A stretch of 64,000 bases of DNA from Trichodelitschia bisporula. Taxonomy: Eukaryota. Location: assembly GCA_010356995.1 (NCBI GenBank), contig ML996690.1:561420-625419 (forward strand), read 5' to 3'. A program made the translations under genes and the position numbers. A model generated the notes under the pieces. The model saw only the letters and a program-made list of their open reading frames with translations. It made no database searches and was not told the DNA's origin. Every line of letters starts with the position of its first letter. Position 1 is the stretch's first letter. Shown here one piece after another: positions 1-11,348 of this stretch.

Positions 1-2344
1 GTTTCTTGGAATGTGAAGCCGTTGCGTAAGTCTAGGGCGTTTTTTAACATGCATGGGAAGGCAGATGAGGAATCGTCCATTCCGGCCTCACTCCAAAGAC
101 GACGCAGGGTGTATGCTTCTTTGTCGGAATCGTTGAATATTAGTTGATTGTGGAAGTTCTTGTAGTCTTCCGCCAATGGCGGAAATACAGTGAATAGCTT
201 GATTTCTGCCAGCAATGTCTGCGATATGGCCTCGCTGGTATCGAATCCCTCGCAAGCCTCCGCCATTGTCAAGCGGACCTCGCGCCGCTTTAAGAAATAA
301 AATGCGGAACGATGACGAAAGGAGATGTTCTCCCTGCCAGTGACTAGTGAGCTGTAAGAGTCGAGTGAGCCCTCACAGTGGTTTGCCTCAACAGAGTCGC
401 TTTCAGCGGCAGAGCTAGGGATGCGTGTTTCGAGAAGACCTCTACATTAGCCGTTGAGCCGAACTCGTCCCCACGCCAACCTCGCCGCATAATCGATCGT
501 CTTAACGAGATGATCGACTTTCATCATCAGGCTCCGCTCAGACTTGTAGTCCTTGAGAAGGGTGTACCTGAAGAGTGACGGGTGGGAGGAACATGCTCTT
601 TTGCATCAAGAGCATCACGGAAAAGGTTTGGTACGCCGAAAAACGGTCGGCTGGGTCGAGGGAGTCGAGAAGATATTGGTACAACGGCTCGATTTCCTTC
701 GATATTGCGTCCAACTTGCGAAACAAGTCCGAGAGCGCATCGTGATTCTCAATCCCAGCTCGCAGTGCCTTGACAGCCAAAACCCAGAGGAAAATTGCCT
801 CCGCGCTCCGTGACAGCGGTGACAAGCGAACCCCTTTCCACTTCGGTGAGCCTGACATTCTTCGAAGTACTGAAGCTTGAGAACCGAGCGGAGACAAAAT
901 TTGAGATATCCCCGCGCGTGAAATCCTGCAGCCGGAGGCGCTTCTTAGCATCAAAGGCGTTGCGGAAGACATTGTAATCCCTGCTCGACACGCATAACTT
1001 GACGTGATCTGGAGCGGCCTCAGTCCAGCTGTGGACTAGATTTACCATATCAAAGTAGTCTTCGCGGTGAGTTTCTTCGAATTCGTCGAGGCCGTCAATG
1101 AAAAAGCAGAAGCACCGGTCCTGGTATAGCTCCTTGACCTTGATGAGCTTGTCGAGGGCGTTGCGCATGCTCAACCTTGTAAGCGGCATATTCAACGCGA
1201 AAATGTTATCCGACCGTGAATTCGCCAGTGCAGACTTCTCTACCAGCTCTTTTGCCGTATTCCACTCTTCTGGAAAAACATGCGGTATGACTTCCGGGCA
1301 CTTCTTGAGGACTTCATGAAGCAGTGAGCGAACTAAGCCGTTAAGAAACCTTTGAAGATCCGTGCCTGCTCGCTAGAAGAAGAAACTAGCGAGAATGAGT
1401 TATTTGTCTCCAGACCAGGCTGTGAGTTGCTGCTCAGTGCGCGGATGGTCATATAGAAAGCGGAGAAGTGTCGACTTTCCGCAACACAGCTTGCCTGTTA
1501 TGTGGAAAATGCCCGTCTCAGACTTCAGCCAGTGCACAAATGAGACGCCATTTGTCATCTCTCTAAGTTCAGGACCCTGGGCGTCATCGAATATCCATTC
1601 GAACGTCTTTGCGTGCGCAGGATCAATCCTTTCCATTCGTGCGTGAATATCGCCAAAGTAGAGCTGGCCCAGGACCAGTTGCTTTGCAGCATCGCTTAGT
1701 GCATTTTCAGGGATCTCAAGGAGTTCCCGAAGCTAGACCTCGGACACATTATCAGGGGCTGCATCGCCAATCCGAAACCTGAAATCGTTCCAAGAATCAT
1801 GAAACCTGATAAGGTCGACCTCTCGGGGTTCGTTGGCCACCAAAATAAGAGCATCAAGCCGCTCTCTCAGCATGCGTCTCGTATATTTGTCAGTTATCAG
1901 GCCGTCATGTGCGAAAGGTTAGTACCTGTCCAGTGTATCCAGCTGCGCAGTGAGTTGGCGCCGACATATCTCCAGTCTGTTCAGCAGGGCCGTCTTTTTT
2001 CCTTCGGAGAAGCTGTCCTTGATAGCAGTTCAAATAGCGGTTCTCTTTGTGGCCTTTCCCGGGGTCAGCCCCTTCAAGAGGGCCAGAACCTCATTGGCAA
2101 GGCGCTGACACTCCTCTGCAAGTTTGAAGATCGAGGGTTCTTCCGGGCTGTAAGTGGAAGCCGTCATATCCGGAGGATTTAGTGTACGGCGCCAGATGCT
2201 CATCTCGGTGACTGTGACTTTCAGCGATGCATTGAACTCGGATGCGCTTGTCGTGGAAACGTAGATCTGGTGCGCCCCCTTGATGGTTTTGGCGCCGAAA
2301 CCGATGAATTGTATGATAGCGGTCGCGATGCCGATGGCCTCCAT
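1..2344 (-). pseudogene. Disabled fungal NACHT (STAND/NLR-like) gene with helical N-terminal (HeLo-like/SesA-like) domain; runs off the window edge
   Basis: ATG at 2344 (MEAIGIATAIIQFIGFG); pre-NACHT motif IDPAHAKTFEWIF; P-loop GKLCCGKST; Walker B FFIDGLDE; CVSSR; IFLWV; RLNG*CRGLLE; FRHRS. In-frame stops at 2030, 1733, 1400, 1373 and 447, with frameshifts near 800 and 590. Confidence 0.88.
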
Positions 2345-2945
2345 GGAGGACAAAGTCGTCAAGAACGGATCCCAGCACTATTTTGCAGAACCCCAGGAGG
2401 GACGAGAGGGAAGGTACGAAGTAAAGATGTGTTATGAGAATCGCGGGGTCGACGCATAGCCACCATATAGCCCCATCCAGCGCAGAGAACGCCTCGCAGA
2501 CTTCCCCCAATCACTGTTCGGTGGATCGCTGCGCGTTGGGGCAGTACTTCAAGCTGCGATGGGCGTAGCATGTCGAACTTCGCAAGACTCAAACCAGAAG
2601 AAGAAGCCGGACGTTCTGTGACTTTAATACAGCGGAGTGGAGACGGGACGAGACTTTATTGCTGTGCTCTGGCGGAGAAGCGGGCGGATGGTGAGAAGTT
2701 AACGTGAAGAAGGCGCGGGGAGGATACCGGTAGCGACATCACAAACTCAAGCCTGAGGCATTAATAAATGCCTCACATTTTGGACCGCTAGCTATGACCG
2801 ATCAGGTTCGTGAACATGTACATCCGGCTTCGAAATGCCAAATAAATGTCTAATAGCTCTCAAATACATCCGTATATGCAGCATGAAGTCCGGTACCCTG
2901 GCGCGCAGTATTAACAAACCCAAGGACCATCCTGGCTCAGCCTGC

Positions 2946-5070
2946 CTAACTCACTGCCCCCTTCCTCCTCGCCACAGCACTGCTTCCCACCTCCGACAGC
3001 GCAAGCACCTCAATCGAAGTATCCGACTCCCCCAACGTCTCATCCTTCGCCGACGATCCCTCGCTCACCACCTGCACCATCTGAACCACTCCCCCCTTCA
3101 CCCCACCAAACCCCCAGTCTCCCTCCCTCCCTCCTCTCGACACAGGCCGGCTAATGCTCGTCCGCCCTAGAGTCCCCCTCCGCATCCCCGCCAGCTGCGG
3201 CGAAAACACCAGCCCTGCCCGCACCTTCTGCACCGCGCCATCGATCGCCATCTCAATCGAGCAATGGTTCTGCACCCGTGCAAGCGCCGGCCATGTCGCG
3301 CGCTCGCCCGCCAGCATCGCCTGGCGCATGAACTCGGGTGTCGGGTTGCGGAGCACGCGGACGAGCAACGCGTGTGGCAGATGCGGCAGGATGGTGATAT
3401 CGCCAGAGTAAGTCTGCGCGAGGACGGAGCGTAGCTTCGTTAAGTAGTTGGGGAAGACGCCGAGCTCGGTGAGGACGTGCATGCGATGTAGGAGTTCGGA
3501 TCTGGCGAGTGATGAGAGCGTGGTGAGCCAGGTTGAGCTAGGGGCTGGCTCGGTTGTTGAGGCGGAAGGTAGCAGGTCGGTGTCGCGCGACAGGAAGGGT
3601 ACAACGTGCGGGTTGACCTGCGAGACGATGAAGTGGTTGACGTTGAACATTTCGGAGAGTCGCGTCATCGGGAGATCATTATCCACAGAGCCATCAATCC
3701 AGCGCTGCGGGGATGGGTTCCATGGGTGAAGTTCGCCTGTTCTGGGGTCTTTGGCCAGGAGTGACGCAGGACTGAAAACGAGGGGAACGGAGCAAGATGC
3801 TGAGCTGGAGAATGTCAGTACGAAATGATTTCGGTCAGCTGTCTTGGAAAGGAGGTACTCACACAGCAGACCAGATGACCACATTCGGGCTGGTCACAAA
3901 GTTGAGTAGCCGCGGCAGCTCATGTATGCTCGCGCTTGAAACGCCGATGTTTAATATCCTCCTCGTGCGGTTGTATGCCTCCTGGAAGGTCATATCGCCC
4001 AGAAAGCCCTTCATAACGCGCACCAGATGGTTGATGTCGAAGATGCTCCCGTATTTCAGGAAGCGGGCACACTTCCTCAACCACCCTTCGGGCTCTCCAT
4101 CCTCAGCCTCAAAGACCGCCAAATCTCCATCACAGAACTCTTCGAGTACAGTAGGAATCTCGGCGTCCGTTTTGGTGCACAAAACCGCACATACGATACT
4201 GCCCGCCGAGGACCCACATATGATCCGCGGCAGCAGCTTCGCATGCCACAGCGATTTGACGACGCCGATGTGCGCCATACCAAATGTTCCACCGCCTGAG
4301 AGAAGCAAGGCAGACCGACCAAACGCCTGCCGCGTATTCAACAACTGCTCGAGCACCTCATGGGAAGTAATCCCTCCACCCTCCTGCAGGGATTCGGTCA
4401 ACTCGACAAGAGTCTGGATCGCCGCGCACGCCGCCTCGATATACCGCTCGATCAGACGCTTCGTACCGATATGCGCGTACTTGTATAAACGCAAATCACC
4501 CATGCCGCCGAGATCGCGCGTGAGGCTGGTACGGACTAGGGAGAGGATGCGACGCAGGTCGCACGAGAAGCGCGCTTCTTCTAGCTCGGCCAGGCGTGCG
4601 GCTACATGCTCAGCGTCGTAAATGGGGTCCTCGTCTTCGGCTTTCCATTCATCTCGCCCTTCGAGCTTGTCCAGTTCAGTGGCTGCGGCACGCCAGGCGG
4701 AGTATGTGACGGCCTTGGGGGTTAGCAGGTTGCATATTGTCTAAACGAGGATGAAACGAACCTCGCTCATGCGTAGATTCAGTGCCTGTCGTCGTGCCTC
4801 CTGCACATCATCCTCCACGTTGACTTGCTGGCTTGCTTCTCCATTTCCCCGGCTCTCGCTCCCAGCCTGGAGGCTGGCGCTCAAGAAGGCTCCAGCCTGG
4901 CCAGCAGGATCGCGCGCAAATCGTAGCAAAGGCGATAAGACACCTCCGGAGGAACTCTTTGATCTGCGCCGTCGCTTGTTGCGCGCCTGTGAGGCATCTG
5001 GGGTCGCTATATCGGCATTATCGGTGTGAAATGACGCCGTGAAGATCGATGTGTCGGGCAAGAGAGCCAT
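2946..5070 (-). CDS. TGL4: Patatin-domain triacylglycerol lipase (Tgl4/Tgl3 family), spliced
   Basis: LLLSGGGTFGMAHIG oxyanion loop, GSSAG nucleophile motif, WIDGSVDNDLP, FNVNHFIVSQVNPH. Introns near 4714-4760 and 3812-3863. Confidence 0.9.
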
Positions 5071-6342
5071 TGTTAAATCCAGAGTGCCCTCGGCCCGATA
5101 CGCGAAGAGCGGAGGACGGTGGTGTTACCACATGGCCTCGGACGTGGGGGTCGGCGAGGTGGAACGATCTTGGATGGGTGGCGTTCGCTGGCAGTGACGT
5201 TGAGACGTTGAGACGGCGGTTTCGATTGGGAATTCTAGACTCCGGCGGAGTGGGTCTATAGCTTGTTTAATAGCGCAGGGCTCTCTGTACCGTAGGGACT
5301 GGTATGCGGGGTTCGCGACTCTAGGCTGGAAATGCGCCGGTCCTGAATAATGCGGGGAGGTGAGGCCCTCTGGAGACGAGAGACAATAACCAAAATCTAC
5401 AAAGAAAATACAGCAACAAGATGCGCATGCGTACACACTCCAGGTATCAAGGAAATATCAAAGGAAACCAAAGCAAAGAAGAACAAAGCGCTAGGTGCAG
5501 TTCGTGGCCGCTGACTTCAAACGGCGCATGGTCGAGCAGAACAGGTGATCATGACACTTGACGATAGACTGATGCCTTATAGTTACCCTACCGTACCTAT
5601 ATGCAAGGACTTGAAAAAGCTGCCGCCGCACGCGACAAGATCAAAGCAAGGAATTGCTACCTTTCGGCTTTTCAGCGAAACAGATCGCCTGTCCAGGAGA
5701 CTACCAAAATCCCGAATAGGCGGTACCGCGCCAGAATCAGAGTCAGGTCAACCCAGCCTTAAACCCAGCCAGCCACTCCGTACGGCCCGTATGTTCGATT
5801 TGGCCGAGACTGGCCGACTGGCGTACTGTACTGTACGCAGCATGAGATGCGGCGTGGCGCTCGTCATTGGTGAAGACCCCAAAAGAAATTCAGGTGACGT
5901 GGTCGTTGGGACTTTCACATGCTTCGGAGGTGATATGCACCTTTGACGGCTCCAGATATTATTGGAAGGAGTTATACGCACGCATTGGAGGTTAGGAGAG
6001 CACGCATGCAGTACCACAGAACCGTTGAAAGTAAAGCGTCTCCAGCCCAATATCGGATGCAATGCCGACTGGGCTACGTAGCCTTACCGGTAATTGTGGT
6101 TGGGAACTTTGGTACCGGTACGGAAGCTGGGCCAGATTGCGAACCAGATCTTCTACACTGGACATGTGACGAACCATCTGCTTAAAACAACGGCTTCTGA
6201 GAGCCGGAGTTACTGTATGTACTAAACAAGGACCATCCAAGGTCATTCCGAGCCAAATGCCGAATCCAAAGCACTACACGATAGTATACACAGCGAATGC
6301 GCCCCCTGGTCTATCACTCGCAAATCATATCCTACACCCAAT

Positions 6343-8124
6343 CTACAACTTCATCCCCAAAACCTGGTGCACCTTCAGCGCCTGCCGAATGCTCAGGTCC
6401 AGCATAATCTCTTCGCTGCCACCGGGAATGGCATACGCGCGCACATCGCGATACAGGCGCTCGACCTTGCCGCCCTGTCCGCCGCGCGAGTAGCTGAGAC
6501 CGCCAAAGATCTGGCTGGCCTCGCGGGCGCAGAACTCGAACGTAGTGGTCGACTGGGCCTTGAGACCGGCAATCGCACCACCAAGCTTGAGCATGGCCTC
6601 GGTCTCATCCATCTGCGAGCACTGGAAGATCATGTTCTCGAGCCACGCCCAAGACGCCTCGATCTGGCGCGCCATATGCGCAAGCTTGAGTCGGATGACC
6701 GGGTGGTCGATGAGGCGCTTGCCAAAGGTCTTACGTTTGTGCGCATACTTGACCGACTCCTCGTAACATACGCGCGCAAAGCGGAGGCACTGGATGATGA
6801 TACCGATGCGCTCGTGGTTGAAGTTGGTCATGATAACGCGGAAGCCCTGGTTCACCTTGCCGATCAGGTTCTCCACAGGCACCTTGACCTCGTCAAAGGT
6901 GACAAATGTTGTGCCAGACGAGTGCACACCCTGGCAGTCCATTTGACGCGTGGTAACACCGCCGAAAGAGCGTTCAATGAGCAGCAACGAGATGCCGTTC
7001 ATGCCCGGCCCACCCGTACGGACGGCCGTGGTGAAATAGTCGGACCAAATGCCGTTGGTGATCCACTTCTTCTCACCCGTCACAATGTAGTATTTGCCGT
7101 CCTCGGAGAGCTTGGCCTCGCAAGTGAGGTTGGCGACGTCGGAGCCGGCATCTGGAATATAAGTTAGCCCGAACCTCTCATGAAAAACATAAGAACCTAC
7201 CGGGTTCAGTGATAGCCAAGCAGATGCGCTTGTCACCCGACAGAATACCGGGGAGAATACGGTCCTTCAGCTCCTTCTTGCCGTACTTAACGACGGGAGG
7301 AACGCCGATACCAAACCCGCCGATCAGATTCCAGACGAGACCGCCGCTACCCGCGCGCGAAATCTCGTCGGTAACAGTGAGCTCATGGAACAAATCCCAC
7401 TTTTCGGGCGGCACCGATGCAACCTGGTGCTTGGTGTACTCAGCCGGGTAGTGGGTGCCCATCAAGCCAGCAAGGTAGCCTCGCTCGCCCATCTGCTTGT
7501 AGATTTCGGCCGGGACCTTCTTCTGCGCTTCCCACTCATCGATATACGGCATGATGGCCTCCTCGACCCAGGCGCGAACCTCAACGCGCAGGTCCGCATG
7601 CGACTGGTTAAAGTAGGGTGAGTGGTACTGTGCGTGTCAGCTGGTGCCCTCATCTCGGGACAGATCAACCTACCGACTGGTACCAGTTGGGATCGGCGTA
7701 GGGAATCAGCTCGCCGAAGGTATCGAGGGGTTCGGCTAGCTCCTTCTCAACTGGAGCGACGGCCTTGCTGGGCGCGGGGGAGGCCTTCTTCGGAGCGGGG
7801 GCAGGGGCGGCGACAGGAGCCGCGGGCTTGGGCTTGGAGTCGAGCGAGCCGACAAGCAGTGTGGGCTTGTACTTCTTCAGGATGCCCTCATTGTGATACT
7901 TCCAAAACTGCTTCGAAGCATCCTTGCCAGCCACTCGTTGGAGGACTGCGCGGGGTTAGAGCGGAAAGCTTCGGATGCGCCACATGAGCCAACTCACTCT
8001 TCTTGCCACCGGGGTGGTCATCTTGGAACTTGGTCACATCGTAGACATCATCGTCCACGATGATATACAAGCTGTCGCTCTTATTGTGGGACGCAACATC
8101 CGCCTTAGAAAAGGTCTTGGACAT
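6343..8124 (-). CDS. Acyl-CoA dehydrogenase with N-terminal cytochrome b5 domain, spliced
   Basis: b5 motifs VYDVTKFQDDHPGG and AGKDASKQFWKYH; ACAD motifs CLAITEP-GSDV, GEKKWITNG, QIFGGLSY, IPGGSEEIM. ATG at 8124; C-terminus -MKL. Confidence 0.93.
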
Positions 8125-8278
8125 AGTGTAAGCTGCGCGACGCAACGCCGGGTCTATTTGTTCGGAAGGTGTGGAGTGAAGTGAAGAGGGGTAGAGATGG
8201 AAGAGTCTGTTCGGAGGTGGCCAAAATAATTGAAGGCAGACCGAAGGTGATATAAGATAGATATACTCGGGTCAAAGT

Positions 8279-8401
8279 CCTCGGCCCATTTCCTAACTTA
8301 TGGCTCCGTCAACCTTACGTTGAAAGAGCGCCTCTCTGCCGAAGACGTCGCACGTGCCCCGACCGCAATGCGCCAATGTCGCTGTTTAGAGCCAGCCGAG
8401 G
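8279..8401. promoter_or_regulatory. Two CCTCGG/CCGAGG motifs (possible FarA/FarB sites) upstream of the acyl-CoA dehydrogenase
   Basis: CCTCGG at 8279-8284 and CCGAGG at 8396-8401. CCTCGG is the known Aspergillus Far core in fatty-acid catabolism promoters, but a 6-mer can occur by chance. Confidence 0.45.
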
Positions 8402-11348
8402 CATTAGGAAACGAAGCACAGCCAGTCAGCGCATGGCATTCAGCGCGACGTGTGACGCAAGCGGCGGAAGCATTCCTCACATGAAGGAAGTCGCGCGCTC
8501 TACTGTGATCTTTGACCGACGGTATAATTCATACTTGAAGTGCCCAGCGATATCTATTTCAGTCATTCGATTTCAACCCTCTTTGCGCTGCTGCTCACTG
8601 CATCGGTCAAATACAAGCTGTCATCGTCATCGCCAACGAGCGCCCGACAAAGCCGTTTCTCCAGCCGAATCGGAGCTTCCGCTTACCCGTGCGTATAAGG
8701 CGCGCGCTTTTGTCACCTGCCTGCGCCTGTCCGCATCTTTTTCCAAACCACATGTGAAAAATGGTTCTCCTCCCATACTGACATGTGATCCTCCGAAGAA
8801 GCGCTTCGCCCGCTTCTCACAACAGTCTCGACCAACGCTCAAACTTCGTGGGACTGGACCCCGGATTTGTGGAGACCCCGGATTCCACCGGAGATGTTCT
8901 CCACTCATTAATTCCTTTGCACGTGGGACTTGAGAATTGAAGCTATTGTCATGCACTGACATCTGGGGTGAATATGAGGCTGACAGTTATCTTAGCTCAG
9001 AAGTCATCCACTAGGCATAAGCTGCGTTCCGGACTCCGCGACGTTTTCCTAATTCATGAAGAAATTTGGGCGAAGTTGACCAGAGTCTAAGAGCAAAACA
9101 TATAGGAATATGGCATAATGCTACGCACAAACATTTCGGCAAGAACTGTGTTTTCACCAGCGCTCATGGAATCGTTGCAAAGTGTTGATGTCACTTGAGC
9201 GTGGCTTGAATATTCGCCTGCTGTCGCTGGGAGTGGCAGCTTTATGGAGTTGAAAGAGTCGTGCGGCTTGTGATCAGTGACGCCTTGCACATCGTCTGGT
9301 AATTCGGATGTACGGTATGGGTTATGGCTCCAGCGGTACCGTAAGTACTGCGATCTTCATTCCGCTTTAGAGCTGGGATCGTACGCATGGAAGTTGAAGG
9401 CGTCGCTGATCCGTCCAGAGAGATTCCAGCTTGGTGGTTCGGGGGCGCAATCCTGTGTACTAAAGCGGCCAGATAGTTAACTGACCTTCGCAATTCCATC
9501 GTACTGGGAATCCCGCGTGCCTGATTGCCAAAACGCGCCGCAGATTGTAAACCGTAGTCAACAAGCCTTGTTGATGCCGTTTCAGCCAGCGACGGTTGTA
9601 CAGTAACTGGGCCTGTTTCATTGGCCTGGTGCACAGCCTGGGACAAGCTTTGGTGCCGCTGCGAGAAAGCGATTGGCTATTCTTGGCACAGGGCCGAGAT
9701 TCAAGCTCCCGATGTGACGTGAGGAGACATGCCGGCGAGACGAGCCGTTGGAATGCATTAATAGGGGCTTTGAGCGTCCCAAGAGTGAGAAATAGGAGTG
9801 CAGCATGGGTGTTATAAGCCAGCTGCAGGATGAGGGAGCTGAGGTTAAGGGGGCAGCTGAAATGCCCCCAGCTGGCAGCTTGCGGCTGGCGACACCAAGA
9901 TAGTGAGTACAGATGGAGATTTGCGCTCGCTGTTCGAACCCATCTGAGCGCGAACAGTTCTCGAAAGAAAAGAACAGATGTGCTAGGGTTTCTACAGAAG
10001 GTGCGGGGTTATCCGCAGGAAGTAGTCTTTTCATCGGGACGGAAAAAATGGCGTCGTCCCCGCAGAGGCGCCACGCGCGCTATTGGCTGTGTATTACTGG
10101 TCGACAAGGTGTTCGTCAACGTCTCTTCATCATCCCCTTTGTGGGTGCGACAACGGATGCAGTAGTGCCGAGGTGTTGGATCATGGATCTTTGAGGTGTT
10201 GAGCGACGACAGCTGTCCAGAGCCACTGGGTGATACTCTCATCCGACCTGGGTCAGACTTCCCCCCCGGATGTTTCTAACAACGGCCATCCAGCGCTCAG
10301 CCCTGACACTCGGGGTCAAGCTTGTGGCTCGGGTGCTCGCAGAGCGACATGACGGATCATCACAAAAGTGACAGTATGACCCTATGGCATGGCCAGTAGT
10401 TCTAGGTGTTTTGCGCAGGTCGCCTGTCCGCACTGAATATTAGCACGTTCTCAGTCGGGTGGAAGGTTGAACAGGCTCTACGCAGCAAGAGGATTGGTGC
10501 CTACGAAGTATGTAATAGCAACAACCTAACCCATGACATCTCCAGCTGCCTAGCTGCAATCCTGCGGAAGTCTAGAACCCGGGCATTCAGCCCGTGGCTA
10601 TACGGACTCCTTCCATTAGTGTCTCTCGACGTTCGTGGACAACGAGGCGTAAAAATGATGAAGGGCAGACCAATCAGAGGGTGGGAAGGACAGAGTCGCA
10701 AGATCTAGCCGCATCGCACCATTCGACTCGACTATTGGTGTTTTGCGCGCGTAAAGTATTCTTTCGAGGATGAACGAGAACGGATTGGAGAATGTGTTTC
10801 AACAAAGAATATCTGGTGAGGTGGAGGGGTAAGGGGAGAGGATGGGATGAGGGTCGGGAAGGGTAAGTTTGGCTGCACGCGGCTGGGTCGTTCCGTGGTT
10901 GCGACTCCGCGATGACCACCAACGCGCCAGGCCGGTGTTGTGGGATTAGGATTACTTCGCCGACCTAAATTGAGAAGACCAGGCCCCAAAAGCACAGCGC
11001 AGCTTCCGCCAAACTGCAAATGTTTCAACAGTACATCCGTAAAGTGTTCCTTCCCCCAGTCCTCACGCGCCAGCATAACCCCAATAACACCCCCTCCCCC
11101 ACACATCCGTCCTCAACTTACGAGTACTCTACTCCACAACGGGTCAAGACCCGTCCAAGTCTGTCCTCTGTATAAGTGTTGGGCGGTAGACCAACCTCAT
11201 TGTGGATCATCCAGACCCCATCACTTGACAACATCACGTAAACCCGCATTCCTTTCCTTTGCTTCGTTCATACCCTCACACAGCTTCCTGAGAACTTGAA
11301 CCACCTTTCATAAATGTTACCATTGCCGCGCCCTCACCCGCAGTCAAG

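Noticed and set aside
6367..7167. Long antisense ORFs (also 3797-4621, 53588-54448, 52700-53338, 19447-20568 and others)
   Set aside because: These are shadow or alternative frames of GC-rich, codon-biased real genes and carry no independent motifs.
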